Shown in pieces: positions 28,359 to 38,797 of a DNA stretch of 49,845 nucleotides; position 1 is the first letter of the stretch, and each line of letters begins with the position of its first letter. A program made the position numbers and the translations under genes. The stretch is taken from contig JAJYDG010000003.1 in assembly GCA_021777675.1 (NCBI GenBank), forward strand, positions 1-49,845, written 5' to 3'. The DNA comes from a bacterium. Lineage in GTDB: Bacteria > Patescibacteriota > Minisyncoccia > Moranbacterales > UBA2206. The notes below the pieces were generated by a model, which was not told the DNA's origin, searched no databases, and saw only the letters and a program-made list of their open reading frames with translations.

Positions 28359-29510
28359 ATGGGTATCATCGATTTATTAAAAATGTCGACTAGGATGTTT
28401 AAGGCAAGAACTTCACGAACCTTGCTTACTATATTGGGTATGGGAGTGGGAATTGGTGCAATATTGTTTCTGGTAGCATTGGGTTATGGAATTCAAAAGA
28501 CATTATTGGAAACAATAACAACTGCCGATTCTCTTGTAACACTAGATGTATATCCGAAAGCGAGTGAGCAGGCAATTAGCGCTAGTGAAGTTGATGGTAT
28601 GAAAAAGATGGATGGCGTGCAAACAATCAGTTCGGTTTTTGAAACAACAGGACAGTTAAAATATTCCAATTTGGTTTCCGATTCAAAAATTATCGCAGTA
28701 GACCGGAATTTTTTACGTTTAGACGGCACTAAAATAGAAGGCGGAGAAGATATAAACGATAATAATGTCCAAGGCGCTATTATTTCCACTTCTTTGGCGA
28801 AAGTTTTTGGAAAAGCGCCGGTTGAAATGTTGGGTGAAATTATTCATATATCTGCGTTGAAAAGCGAAGCGGATTTTAAGATAATCGGGTTTGTCGATGC
28901 TAAGGAAATGTCTATTTTTGTTAATCAGAAATCATTAGAAAACAGCTCAAAGCTAGATGCGTTTAGTCGGTTGAAACTTGAATGTAAAAATAGCCAGTCG
29001 ATGGAAAAAATCAGGACGCAACTTGCCGGTTTCGGTTTTATTGTTTCGGCGCTGACCGATTTGGTTGCGCAAGTCAATAAGGCATTTGATATTATTAAAA
29101 TAATACTCGGATTTTTTGGCGCTATTGCGCTTATGGTTAGTGCAATCGGTATGTTTAATACTATGACTGTAACTTTACTTGAAAGAACGGAGGAAATTGG
29201 GGTAATGAAATCAATTGGGGCGTCTGATTATGATATTTTATGGATGTTTGTTTTTGAGTCAACCATTATGGGTTTTCTTGGTGGAATCGCCGGAATCGTT
29301 TTGGGCTTCATTGCAGGAGAAATTTTTAATTTTGCAGTTAACTTTTTAGCAGAAAGAATGGGTGGTTATGCTGTTTCTCTTTTTTATTTTCCCGGCTGGT
29401 TTTTGTTAGTTATTCTTATTGTTGCTACAGTTGTCGGTTTTTTAACAGGCTTGGTTCCCGCCAGAAAAGCCAGCACAACCGATCCGTTGGAAGCATTGAG
29501 ATATAAATAA
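28359..29510 (+). CDS. MacB/FtsX-type ABC permease
   Basis: RTLLTILG..VG; NTM...LLERT.EIG..K.IGA; PARKAS..DP.EALRY. Confidence 0.92.
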   Translation: MGIIDLLKMSTRMFKARTSRTLLTILGMGVGIGAILFLVALGYGIQKTLLETITTADSLVTLDVYPKASEQAISASEVDGMKKMDGVQTISSVFETTGQLKYSNLVSDSKIIAVDRNFLRLDGTKIEGGEDINDNNVQGAIISTSLAKVFGKAPVEMLGEIIHISALKSEADFKIIGFVDAKEMSIFVNQKSLENSSKLDAFSRLKLECKNSQSMEKIRTQLAGFGFIVSALTDLVAQVNKAFDIIKIILGFFGAIALMVSAIGMFNTMTVTLLERTEEIGVMKSIGASDYDILWMFVFESTIMGFLGGIAGIVLGFIAGEIFNFAVNFLAERMGGYAVSLFYFPGWFLLVILIVATVVGFLTGLVPARKASTTDPLEALRYK

Positions 29511-29516
29511 AAAAAT

Positions 29517-30200
29517 ATGAAAATTGAAATCTTGCCAAGCAAAAAAAAGAAACACTCATTTTCCATAATTATTCTCGCGATAATTATTTGTTTAGTATCT
29601 GGTTATTTTTATTATCTCAAACAAAATGAAAAGATTTCCCAAGCAATAACATATTTACCACCGGAACATAATTTAACAAAAGACACGGTTTCGGCAGTAC
29701 TTGGGCAGGCTGATGCAAAAACAAATAATTCAGGCGAACAGCCGGTTTTGCTTAGTGAGAATTTTAAAATGGGACAATTAACGGTTAATAGCAATCCTAA
29801 TACTGCAAACATAGGTGAATTCGAGGAAAGCGATATTTTAAAAATAAATGATATAAAGAGTGAATTATATTCGATTAAAGAGGGCGAAAAGGATACGATT
29901 AAAGCAATTATCAGTTGCAACACAACCAAGCGGGCAAATATTGAAGTGGATTATATAAAGAGCGGAGAAAAGGAGGCGAAAACAGTTAATAGCGAATTTT
30001 ATGGAATGGAACACACAATAATCATCTCCGGTCTTGATCCGGATTCTGTGTATAAATATTCTGTTAATGCGATTGATTTGATTGGCAACAAGGTGACATC
30101 GGATCAATTCGTTTTTTATACCGGCGCACCAAATGTTTCGCTTATGACTGTGCTTGAAAATGCTACACAAAAAGTTTTCGGTTGGGCAATGAAAAAATAA
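29517..30200 (+). CDS. Membrane-anchored protein with a C-terminal fibronectin type III-like domain
   Basis: N-terminal TM; H...ISGL.PDS.Y.YSV.A.D..GN. Confidence 0.7.
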   Translation: MKIEILPSKKKKHSFSIIILAIIICLVSGYFYYLKQNEKISQAITYLPPEHNLTKDTVSAVLGQADAKTNNSGEQPVLLSENFKMGQLTVNSNPNTANIGEFEESDILKINDIKSELYSIKEGEKDTIKAIISCNTTKRANIEVDYIKSGEKEAKTVNSEFYGMEHTIIISGLDPDSVYKYSVNAIDLIGNKVTSDQFVFYTGAPNVSLMTVLENATQKVFGWAMKK

Positions 30201-30275
30201 TTTGTCTAATTTGGAATTTTCATTTATAATTAAAACCAGTCTAATATTTTTTAAAAAATAAAAGTTAATTAAAAT

Positions 30276-32858
30276 ATGCATATGCAAACTGATAAAATAA
30301 TGCGCGAATTAAATAACAATGGATCATCTGTTCCAAGTGAAAGAAATAAAGATTCAAAATTTATTCTAAGGTTTCTTGATAAAACTATCAGCTTTGGTTT
30401 GTTTATGCTTATTTTTGGTTTTCCGCTCTTCTTTACTAATACAACTTTGCAGGGACTAATATTTGAAAAGCAACTCTATTTTTATTTTTGGTTGCTTTTA
30501 ACTTTAATATCTTGGGTGGCGAGAGGGGTCATTAAAGAAGAATTGAATATTCGCCGAACACCATTGGATATTCCTATTTTGGGTTTTTGGATTGTTTATT
30601 TTCTTTCTACTGTTTTTTCGATTGATCGCTGGCACAGTTTTTGGGGCGCTTTTGGCGATCCGTCACGCGGTTTTATGAGTATTACCGGGTTAGTGATTAC
30701 ATATTATCTAATAGCCAGTAATTTTAATGAAAAAAGATTGAAACTTTTTTTTAATGCTATTATTAGCTCCGGATCAATGCTTATTATTTGGACAACAATT
30801 TTGTTTTTTAATATTCCTTTTACGGGTCATTCATTAACATCAATGATTCCCGATAAAGTCGCTCAATATATTCCGCTTAGCAACATCGGAAGTATTGGAG
30901 GCTTGGGCGTATTTTTTTCCATTATGGTTATTTTTCTTACCGTGGCGATTTTAAAGATGGCGGAAAATGAAAGCGGAAAAAAAGTTTTCAGAAAAATAGG
31001 GATAATTTTCCTTTTACTTGTTTTGCTTTTGGATTTATTTTTAATTCTCAGCATATCAACCTATGTCCCTTGGATTGGACTTTTTGTTGGAGTGGCAATG
31101 TTTTTGATTTATATTCTTTCTAAAATTGTCAGACCGCATAGAACCTGGATTTGGCTTCCGATGGTGCTTTTTATTGCAGTAATGATTATAAAAATGATTG
31201 GTAATGTTTCTTTAGTGAAAGTTAATTTGCCTATCGAAGTTAATCCTGATTCATTTTTTGGCGGATATCGTGTTTCTTGGGATATAGCTAAAAGTTCTTT
31301 GAAAAATAAATTTTTTCTTGGTTCCGGTCCGGCAACCTATGGCTATGATTTTTCTTTGTTTCGCCCGCAATACTTTAATGGAACGCAATTTTATAATTTT
31401 AGATTTTCTCAAGGATCCGGTGTCTTTTTTGAATCAATTTCGACTATTGGAGGTTTGGGCGTATTTTTTCTAGCTATTTTAGGACTTTCTTATTTGAGTA
31501 TTTGTTTTTATTTAATTTCAAGAGAGAAAGAAAAAAACAAACTTTATTCTTTGGGAATATTCTCTTCGGCAATTGTAATACTTACGGATATTTTTCTTGT
31601 TAAAACAGATGGAACGATATTTATATTTGCTATTTTTTTGGGAATATTTTCTTTGGTGGCTATTCTCTTGGAAAGTGAAGCGGAACCGAAATATTTAGCA
31701 CTTTCGCTCAAAGCATCTCCAAAATTTGCTCTTGCACTGGCTTTTGTTTTTATGGTTGTTAGTGCCGGAGTAGCATTTTTGTTTGTTTTTCTGGGTAAAA
31801 TTTATGTGGCGGATATTTATGCGGGCATAGCGGCAAAGGAAATCACTCAAAATCAAGACGATTCTATTATTAAAATGGATAAAGCCATAAATTATTATGG
31901 ACAAGAAAGCGCCTATTATACAAAGGCGGGAATATATTATATGGCACTGGCAAATGGTGAAGCGCTTAAACCAACTGATCAGAGAAATATTGATAAAATC
32001 AGGCAATACATAAATTACGCAGCGAGCGCTGCGAATGTCGGCGTCAGCATGAATAAAAATAGCGTAGAAACAATTGAGGCGTTAGCTCAGATTTTTGAGA
32101 ACTCCGGTTCGTATGTTGCAGATTCTTTGAAGCTAACGGAGGATGCATATAAAAAAGCCTTGGAACTTGAACCGCATAATCCCGATTTTTATCTTAAACT
32201 CGGGCAAATGAAATTAGTTGATGCTTCAACTCAAAAAGATGATTCAGCAAAAAACAATCTTTTTGGAGAAGCAAAAAACTATTTTCAAAAAGCAATTGAT
32301 GAAAAAAATGACTTTGCCCCGGCTTATTATCAGTTATCCTTGGTCCAAGATGCGTTAAAGGATGCTGATTCAGCTATTAATACTGCAACTAAGGCAGTTA
32401 ACCTAACTAATGCAAAAAATGCTGATTATTTGATCAGTCTTGGTAATATGTATCGTCTTAGAGCGAAAAATGATGATCTTAAATCATCCGAAGCCATTTT
32501 CAAATTAGTAACTGATTCTGACAATAAAAATATTAATGCTCATTTTTACCTTGGTATGGCTTATGAGAAAGATAAGAACAAAGATGCTGCTAAAAATGAA
32601 TATCAAAAAGTAATTGATTTGCTTCCACAGCAAAATGCAGACGATGTTAAAAAGCAACTGCAAAAAATGATAAGCAATATTGATAAGGGAATTGAAAATA
32701 CTCCGGAAACTTTGGGGTTGGTTAAAGCAGGCCAGGCTGGTGGTGGTCAAAATCAAAACACAGCCAATCCTCAAGCAACTACTCCTCAAACAACAACTTC
32801 TGGCAACGCTGGAAATCCAAATCCTGCCACTAGCACCACTACTACTACCGGGCAATAA
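30276..32858 (+). CDS. Polytopic O-antigen-ligase-like (Wzy_C) membrane protein with C-terminal TPR repeats and a T/Q/N-rich tail
   Basis: About 12 TM segments; FLGSGPATY loop; TPR-like AYKKALELEP.NP, AYYQL, AHFYLG.AY. Confidence 0.75.
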   Translation: MHMQTDKIMRELNNNGSSVPSERNKDSKFILRFLDKTISFGLFMLIFGFPLFFTNTTLQGLIFEKQLYFYFWLLLTLISWVARGVIKEELNIRRTPLDIPILGFWIVYFLSTVFSIDRWHSFWGAFGDPSRGFMSITGLVITYYLIASNFNEKRLKLFFNAIISSGSMLIIWTTILFFNIPFTGHSLTSMIPDKVAQYIPLSNIGSIGGLGVFFSIMVIFLTVAILKMAENESGKKVFRKIGIIFLLLVLLLDLFLILSISTYVPWIGLFVGVAMFLIYILSKIVRPHRTWIWLPMVLFIAVMIIKMIGNVSLVKVNLPIEVNPDSFFGGYRVSWDIAKSSLKNKFFLGSGPATYGYDFSLFRPQYFNGTQFYNFRFSQGSGVFFESISTIGGLGVFFLAILGLSYLSICFYLISREKEKNKLYSLGIFSSAIVILTDIFLVKTDGTIFIFAIFLGIFSLVAILLESEAEPKYLALSLKASPKFALALAFVFMVVSAGVAFLFVFLGKIYVADIYAGIAAKEITQNQDDSIIKMDKAINYYGQESAYYTKAGIYYMALANGEALKPTDQRNIDKIRQYINYAASAANVGVSMNKNSVETIEALAQIFENSGSYVADSLKLTEDAYKKALELEPHNPDFYLKLGQMKLVDASTQKDDSAKNNLFGEAKNYFQKAIDEKNDFAPAYYQLSLVQDALKDADSAINTATKAVNLTNAKNADYLISLGNMYRLRAKNDDLKSSEAIFKLVTDSDNKNINAHFYLGMAYEKDKNKDAAKNEYQKVIDLLPQQNADDVKKQLQKMISNIDKGIENTPETLGLVKAGQAGGGQNQNTANPQATTPQTTTSGNAGNPNPATSTTTTTGQ

Positions 32859-32879
32859 ATTTATTTAAAAAATACAATT

Positions 32880-33584
32880 ATGGAAAATACGAAAACTTGG
32901 GGTGAAGCGCTGACAACTTCATTGGTTAGCGTTGTGCAAAAGTTTGTTTATTTTTTTCCAACTATATTGGGTGCGTTTCTAGTGTTAGTTTTTGGCTGGA
33001 TACTTTCCGTCGCTTTGGGAAAATTGATTTCTAAAGTAGCGGGTGATTACTTGGGACTGGATCGTATGGCGGAAAAAATAGGTGTTAAAAAAAATGCTTC
33101 CGGTGGACGTAGTGTTATGTTTTTGGCTCCTTCCGTGCTTATCGGAGGTCTTTTTAAATGGTTTTTGGCGCTGGTTTTTTTAATGGCGGCAACAAGCATA
33201 CTGGGACTTGACCAAGTAACAATCTTTCTTAATAGTATTGTTGTTTATATTCCTAATGTGATTGTAGCGGTGATTATTTTAGCTCTCGTTTTTCTTTTGG
33301 GTAATTTTGTTTATCATCTCGTTAAACATAGCACTCGCGCTATGGGATTAACATCGGCTACGCTAGTTGCAGGAATTTCCAAATGGGCAATCATTACTTT
33401 TGGTATTTTTGCCGCATTAATTCAATTGGGGATTGCGTCATCACTTGTCAATACGATTTTTGTCGGATTGATAGCCATGCTTTCTTTGGCTGGTGGTTTA
33501 GCGTTCGGACTTGGCGGAAAAGAAGAAGCGCAGTTGATTTTGCGAAAAATAAGAGAGGAATTGACTGAAAAACACAATCTGTAA
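32880..33584 (+). CDS. TM-helix repeat / MscS-related (CmpX-like) membrane protein
   Basis: Repeated P.ILGA..V and PNVIVA.II helices; LAFGLGG motif. Confidence 0.8.
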   Translation: MENTKTWGEALTTSLVSVVQKFVYFFPTILGAFLVLVFGWILSVALGKLISKVAGDYLGLDRMAEKIGVKKNASGGRSVMFLAPSVLIGGLFKWFLALVFLMAATSILGLDQVTIFLNSIVVYIPNVIVAVIILALVFLLGNFVYHLVKHSTRAMGLTSATLVAGISKWAIITFGIFAALIQLGIASSLVNTIFVGLIAMLSLAGGLAFGLGGKEEAQLILRKIREELTEKHNL

Positions 33585-33587
33585 ACG

Positions 33588-34037
33588 CTAAGAATAGTGA
33601 ATAATCAAAAGATTATAGCAAAAGTGCATAGCAATAATTAAGGCTAATAATATAACAACAGAAAGCTTGGTTTCGAGTGACTTTTTTTGCAGAAAAAAAC
33701 CGATGATGCTTGCAGTTAATGTGTGGATAAAAAATAACCCCAAAATGTAAAATGGAGATATTTTTTGGTAGTCAATTTGCTTTAAAAAAAGCTCTATCGA
33801 AGAAAATCCTAATCCGACAAAAAAAGCGGCATAGAGAATTTTTTCTTTTTTGTCAGAGCGGATGTATTTATGGCATATTAGGATATATTTTAATATTTCC
33901 TCTATTGCAACACAGATAAAAAGAGAAATTAGCGATTTATCGGAAGACGGCAGATTAAAAGCAAATAGAATCGAAAGCTCAAAAAACAAAGCGCCAAGTG
34001 CAATAACAATTCCTTCAAGAAAAGCTTGTATGAACAT
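33588..34037 (-). CDS. PrsW-family intramembrane glutamic protease (short)
   Basis: IEEILKY, GLGFS.IE, H...H..YN motifs. Confidence 0.75.
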   Translation of the reverse strand: MFIQAFLEGIVIALGALFFELSILFAFNLPSSDKSLISLFICVAIEEILKYILICHKYIRSDKKEKILYAAFFVGLGFSSIELFLKQIDYQKISPFYILGLFFIHTLTASIIGFFLQKKSLETKLSVVILLALIIAMHFCYNLLIIHYS

Positions 34038-34039
34038 AA

Positions 34040-35122
34040 TTATAGTCTAGTTTTTAATTTTAAGTTAGCGTTGGTTTCCATATTTTGCCAGCTGGATTTT
34101 AATTTAAAAATAGACCCGACTTTTTTCGTGTTCATTTCTTTCCAGCGATAAAATCCGGCAACGGCGATCATAGAAGCATTGTCAATGCTATATTTGGGAT
34201 GTGGAGCTGAAAAAGAAACGCCTATTAAATCTTTCTTGATTGTTTTTGCCAGTTCATTTCTCAAATGAATATTCGCACTTACGCCTCCGGCAAGCAAAAT
34301 AGTTTTTGGCTGATATTTTTTTGCTGCCAAGATCGTTTTATGTATGAGGACATCGCATACGGCAGTTTGGAACTCACGACACATTTCGGCAATAAAATTT
34401 TGATCAGTTAATTTTTCCGGTTGTTTTTTTATGCTATAAAGAACGGCTGTTTTAATGCCGGAAAAAGAAAAATTAAAATTGGGAGACTTGAGCATTGGAC
34501 GAGGAAGCTGAATTTGGAAAATATTTTTTTCTTGCGGATACGTATCGGCAATAAGTGAAACATTCGGACCTCCGGGATAGGGAAGTCCAAGCAGTCTGGC
34601 GACTTTATCAAAAGCTTCTCCGACGGCATCATCTAGTGTTTCTCCGATAATTTCATATTCAAGATGATTGCGCATCAAAACTAATTGTGTATGCCCGCCG
34701 GAAACTACCAAGCAAAGAAGGGGAAAATTTTTATCATTAATATTACTTGAGATAAAATTAGCGTAAATATGTCCCTCTATATGATGTATGCCGATTAGTG
34801 GCTTTTGCCAAAGATAGCTGAGTGTTTTGGCGACAGTTGTTCCGATTAAAAGTGCTGGAATCAATCCTGGTCCATTGGTTATGGCAATAAGATCTATTTC
34901 TGTTAGTTTTTTTTGTGCGTTATCTAGCGTTTTTTTGATTATTGGAATGATATTTTTTAGATGTTCGCGAGCAGCAAGATTTGGTACGACTCCGCCCCAT
35001 TTGGCATGTAATTTTATTTGGGAAGAAATAACGCTTGAAAGCGGGATAATTTCTTTGCCTTGGTTTTCAATTATTGCTGCCGCAGTTTCATCGCAAGATG
35101 TTTCAATTCCCAAAATTAGCAT
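34040..35122 (-). CDS. tsaD: tRNA N6-adenosine threonylcarbamoyltransferase
   Basis: ILGIETSCDET, GGVVP..A.R.H, HIEGH, VSGGHT, DDAVGEAFDK, GGVSAN. Confidence 0.97.
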   Translation of the reverse strand: MLILGIETSCDETAAAIIENQGKEIIPLSSVISSQIKLHAKWGGVVPNLAAREHLKNIIPIIKKTLDNAQKKLTEIDLIAITNGPGLIPALLIGTTVAKTLSYLWQKPLIGIHHIEGHIYANFISSNINDKNFPLLCLVVSGGHTQLVLMRNHLEYEIIGETLDDAVGEAFDKVARLLGLPYPGGPNVSLIADTYPQEKNIFQIQLPRPMLKSPNFNFSFSGIKTAVLYSIKKQPEKLTDQNFIAEMCREFQTAVCDVLIHKTILAAKKYQPKTILLAGGVSANIHLRNELAKTIKKDLIGVSFSAPHPKYSIDNASMIAVAGFYRWKEMNTKKVGSIFKLKSSWQNMETNANLKLKTRL

Positions 35123-35241
35123 AAGTTTATTTTTTCTGAAATCATATTATAATCATAATGCGCCATATCTTCAAATGGACAAAAGTCACAAGTCTTGATA
35201 GTATGATAGCGGATATATTGGATAATTGCAAAAAAGTCAGT

Positions 35242-36231
35242 ATGCTGTATGATGATTTAATTTATGGAAAAACTGAAATAACCGATCCGGTAATTTTGGC
35301 GCTCTTGGAAAGTTTCGCAATGCAACGACTTAAGGGTGTTGATCAGGCGGGATATTTTGAACCGTTTTTTCCCGGAACAAGGCTTTCTCGTTTTGAACAT
35401 TCTATGGGAGTCTATTTGCTTTTGCGTCAATTTGGCGCTGAAATTTCTGAACAAATTGCCGGACTGATTCATGATGTTTCTCATAGTGTTTTTTCGCATT
35501 GTGCCGATTATGTTTTTTCCGAAGGATCGCAAAAGGAACAAAATCATCAGGATAATATTTTTGATTCTTTTGTGAGAAAAACTGAAATCCCGGCTATTCT
35601 TATGAAATATGGTTTTAATTTGGAATATATTTTGGATGATAAGAATTTTCCGCTTAAGGAAAAAGATTTACCGGATATTTGTGCCGATCGAATTGATTAT
35701 TCCTTGCGAACAGTTTGGTGTTATCGCGAGTATGCTCCGGAACAAGCCAAAAAAATCAAAACCATTTTAGCCAATTTAGATGTGAAGGGCGGGCAGTGGA
35801 TTTTTGTCGATTATCAATCTGCTCAAGCTTTTGCCGATCTATTTTTTCATGCCAATAAATATTTTTATTCCAATATCGAATCAGCCGTGATGTTTCGTGC
35901 AACCGGAGACTATCTTAAATATGCGTTGGATAAAAAATATATCATGAAAGGAGATTTGTATTCCACTGATTTTGAAGTGTTGCAAAAAATCAATGCACAT
36001 ATGAAAGACGATTTGATGCTTCAGAATTTTTGGGCACGAATGAATAACGAAGTTAATTACAAAAATGATCCAAACGATTATGATGCGCAAGTATTTTGCA
36101 AATCACGCGTAATTGATCCGTTGTGTCATAGCAATGGGAGGATAATGCGTATTTCAGAAATTAATCCCGCATGGAAAGAGGTGGTCAAGGAAGATATGCG
36201 ACCAAAGGAATATTTTTTGAAATTTAATTAA
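35242..36231 (+). CDS. HD-superfamily phosphohydrolase (YwfO/SAMHD1-like)
   Basis: QRLKGVDQ, RFEHSMG, LIHDVSH..FSH, ADRIDY; ATG 35242 preferred over 35158. Confidence 0.85.
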   Translation: MLYDDLIYGKTEITDPVILALLESFAMQRLKGVDQAGYFEPFFPGTRLSRFEHSMGVYLLLRQFGAEISEQIAGLIHDVSHSVFSHCADYVFSEGSQKEQNHQDNIFDSFVRKTEIPAILMKYGFNLEYILDDKNFPLKEKDLPDICADRIDYSLRTVWCYREYAPEQAKKIKTILANLDVKGGQWIFVDYQSAQAFADLFFHANKYFYSNIESAVMFRATGDYLKYALDKKYIMKGDLYSTDFEVLQKINAHMKDDLMLQNFWARMNNEVNYKNDPNDYDAQVFCKSRVIDPLCHSNGRIMRISEINPAWKEVVKEDMRPKEYFLKFN

Positions 36232-36282
36232 ATTTCAAAAAATTAAATTAACAACAGCACATTTAAAAAAGGAGAAGATCAG

Positions 36283-36594
36283 ATGGAACAAATCGATAAA
36301 CTTAAAGCGATAGTGGAAACAGCAGAAGAAAAAAAATTTGAAATTAATAATCCGGAGTCTTGGATGAAAAAAGGATTTGAAAAAAAACAAGAGTGTAGTT
36401 TTTTTTGCCTTTGCGGAAGTCATGAATACAAAACTCATCAAAATAACAATGGAATTTATGGATCGGGATTCCGTGAGTGGACTACTCATTATGAATGTTC
36501 CGGATGCTCAATTATTTTTCATGATCCAAAAAAATATTCAGAAGGGCAAAAAAAGGCCAAAAAGAGACTAATGACGGCACACATACCAATCTGA
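36283..36594 (+). CDS. Small hypothetical protein, possible zinc ribbon
   Basis: CLCGS...ECSGC; preceded by AAGGAG. Confidence 0.6.
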   Translation: MEQIDKLKAIVETAEEKKFEINNPESWMKKGFEKKQECSFFCLCGSHEYKTHQNNNGIYGSGFREWTTHYECSGCSIIFHDPKKYSEGQKKAKKRLMTAHIPI

Positions 36595-36605
36595 TTTTGC
36601 ATTTT

Positions 36606-36647
36606 AGCCGAATTATTTTTTTAATAAAATCTAATTCGGCTTTTTTT
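36606..36647 (+). terminator. Rho-independent terminator
   Basis: AGCCGAATTA ... TAATTCGGCT followed by a T-tract. Confidence 0.7.
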
Positions 36648-36742
36648 ATTGAAAATTTAGAGCATTATGAATAGTTGTTTATTTTTTTTGCGCTATATTG
36701 ACTTTTTTCTTTTTTTGCGTGAAAATGGAAACAGAGTAAATT

Positions 36743-37048
36743 ATGCATATGAATAATGAAAAAAAGAGTGAGGCGGCATGGTGGCAGCCGAGTTTGGTTT
36801 TATTTGGAAGATTGAGCGGATGGATCGGTGGGCCGGTTATTTTGGCTTTATTTTTCGGAAAATGGTTGGATAATAAATATGGAACAGCACCAAAGTTTTT
36901 TTTATTTTGCGTCGGCATCGCATTTTTTGTTTCCACTATCGGAATTGTGAGGGATGCGATGCTTGCGATTAAAAATATTGATGATGAGGCGGAAGAAAAT
37001 AAGAAGAAACATGATGTGGAAGTTGAAATAGAAAATAAAAAAATATGA
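36743..37048 (+). CDS. AtpZ/AtpI-family ATP synthase accessory protein
   Basis: G.WLD.KYGT.P motif with two TM segments; first gene of the atp operon. Confidence 0.85.
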   Translation: MHMNNEKKSEAAWWQPSLVLFGRLSGWIGGPVILALFFGKWLDNKYGTAPKFFLFCVGIAFFVSTIGIVRDAMLAIKNIDDEAEENKKKHDVEVEIENKKI

Positions 37049-37914
37049 CGGAACAGAATAGCGTAATAATAGATAGCAATACAATAAATTCCCAGGCTAC
37101 TAATAAAAGTGACTCGGGCAGTGAAACGACGCTATTTGCCGAACCACTTGGACATATTGGAAGTTTTGTTATTACCAATTCACTGGTCAGCAGTTGGATT
37201 GTGGTGGCAATTCTGGTTATTTTTTTGGTGGCAGCGGGGAAAAAAGTTAAAAATATTCCCAGGGGGCTTCAAAATATTTTTGAGTTGTTTTTGGAAAAAG
37301 CCTTGGAAATGGCGGATAGCGTAACCGGGTCACGCAAAAAATCAGAAAAATTTTTACCAATTTCTTTGGCGCTGTTTTTGTTTATTTTGTTTAATAATTG
37401 GCTGGGATTGCTTCCCGGAATGGGCACGATTGGATTTAATGAAATGAATGGCGGACAAAAAGTTTTCATTCCTTTGTTTCGCGGAGGAACAGCGGATATT
37501 AACACGACGTTAGCCTTGGCGTTATTTGCTGTTGTCGCATCGCATATGATGGGTATTGTTATGATTGGGCTCTGGAATTATTTCAATAAATTTGTTAATA
37601 TTAAATTGTTGTTGGAAATTCCGACAAAAATTAAAAAAGATTTTACGGTTGTTTTAGTCAATCCGATTAAGGTTTTTGTCGGATTGGTTGAAATTATCAG
37701 TGAACTTGCCAAGGTTGCATCATTGACTTTTCGGCTTTTTGGAAATATCTTTGCCGGGGAAGTTCTACTTTTTTCTATGATGGCGCTTTTTGCCTATTTA
37801 TTGCCATTACCTTTTATGTTTTTAGAATTGATTGTCGGCATAATCCAAGCACTCATTTTTTCCATATTAGCTTTGGTTTATATGACAATTGCTACGGCAG
37901 AACATGAACATTAG
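37045..37914 (+). CDS. atpB: ATP synthase F0 subunit a
   Basis: SLTFRLFGNIFAGE, IQALIFSIL. Confidence 0.97.
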   Translation: MTEQNSVIIDSNTINSQATNKSDSGSETTLFAEPLGHIGSFVITNSLVSSWIVVAILVIFLVAAGKKVKNIPRGLQNIFELFLEKALEMADSVTGSRKKSEKFLPISLALFLFILFNNWLGLLPGMGTIGFNEMNGGQKVFIPLFRGGTADINTTLALALFAVVASHMMGIVMIGLWNYFNKFVNIKLLLEIPTKIKKDFTVVLVNPIKVFVGLVEIISELAKVASLTFRLFGNIFAGEVLLFSMMALFAYLLPLPFMFLELIVGIIQALIFSILALVYMTIATAEHEH

Positions 37915-38021
37915 AATAATGAAAGCAGCAGTTTTAGTTAATTAATTTTTTTTAAATTTATTTCTTGCGGCGACATTAAAAAAATAAATAATTGATCGAC
38001 CGCAGAAATGATAGCAAATAA

Positions 38022-38237
<216 letters not shown>

Positions 38238-38304
38238 TATTTTTCTTCGATTCCGAATTGTTCGGAATCGAGATAAGATTATTATTTTTTTAATGATTTC
38301 AACT

Positions 38305-38793
38305 ATGGATGAATTAATTAAAACATTTCATATCGAACTTAATTTGCTTTTTGCTCAAGTCGTTAATTTTTCGATTGTTTTATTCGTATTGTATCGTTTT
38401 GCTTATAGACCGATATTAAAAACACTTAACAGTCGAACTGAAAAAATTGAAAAGGGCATGAGAGATGCCGGCGAGGCGGGAAAGAAATTGGAAGAAATTA
38501 CTGAAAAAGAAAAAGAAGTTCTGTCCAATGCAAAAAAAGAGGCGTGTGAAATCATAAAAAATGCTGAAGAGCAAGCTAGAATTAACGCTGAAAATATTGC
38601 GCTTGAAACGAAAAAGCAAAATGAAAAATTGATTTTGGCAACCAAAAAACAGATTGAACAAGAAAAAAATAAAATGCTAACTGAAGTGAAAGGCGAAATT
38701 GTCAATTTGGTAATTTTGGCAACTGAGAAAATTATCGATGAGAAATTGGATCGAAATAAAGATATGGAATTGATTGAAAAAGCAATAAAATAA
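38305..38793 (+). CDS. atpF: ATP synthase F0 subunit b
   Basis: AQVVNF..VL.VL..FAYRPI...L..R...I followed by a coiled coil; ATG 38305 preferred. Confidence 0.93.
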   Translation: MDELIKTFHIELNLLFAQVVNFSIVLFVLYRFAYRPILKTLNSRTEKIEKGMRDAGEAGKKLEEITEKEKEVLSNAKKEACEIIKNAEEQARINAENIALETKKQNEKLILATKKQIEQEKNKMLTEVKGEIVNLVILATEKIIDEKLDRNKDMELIEKAIK

Positions 38794-38797
38794 TTTT

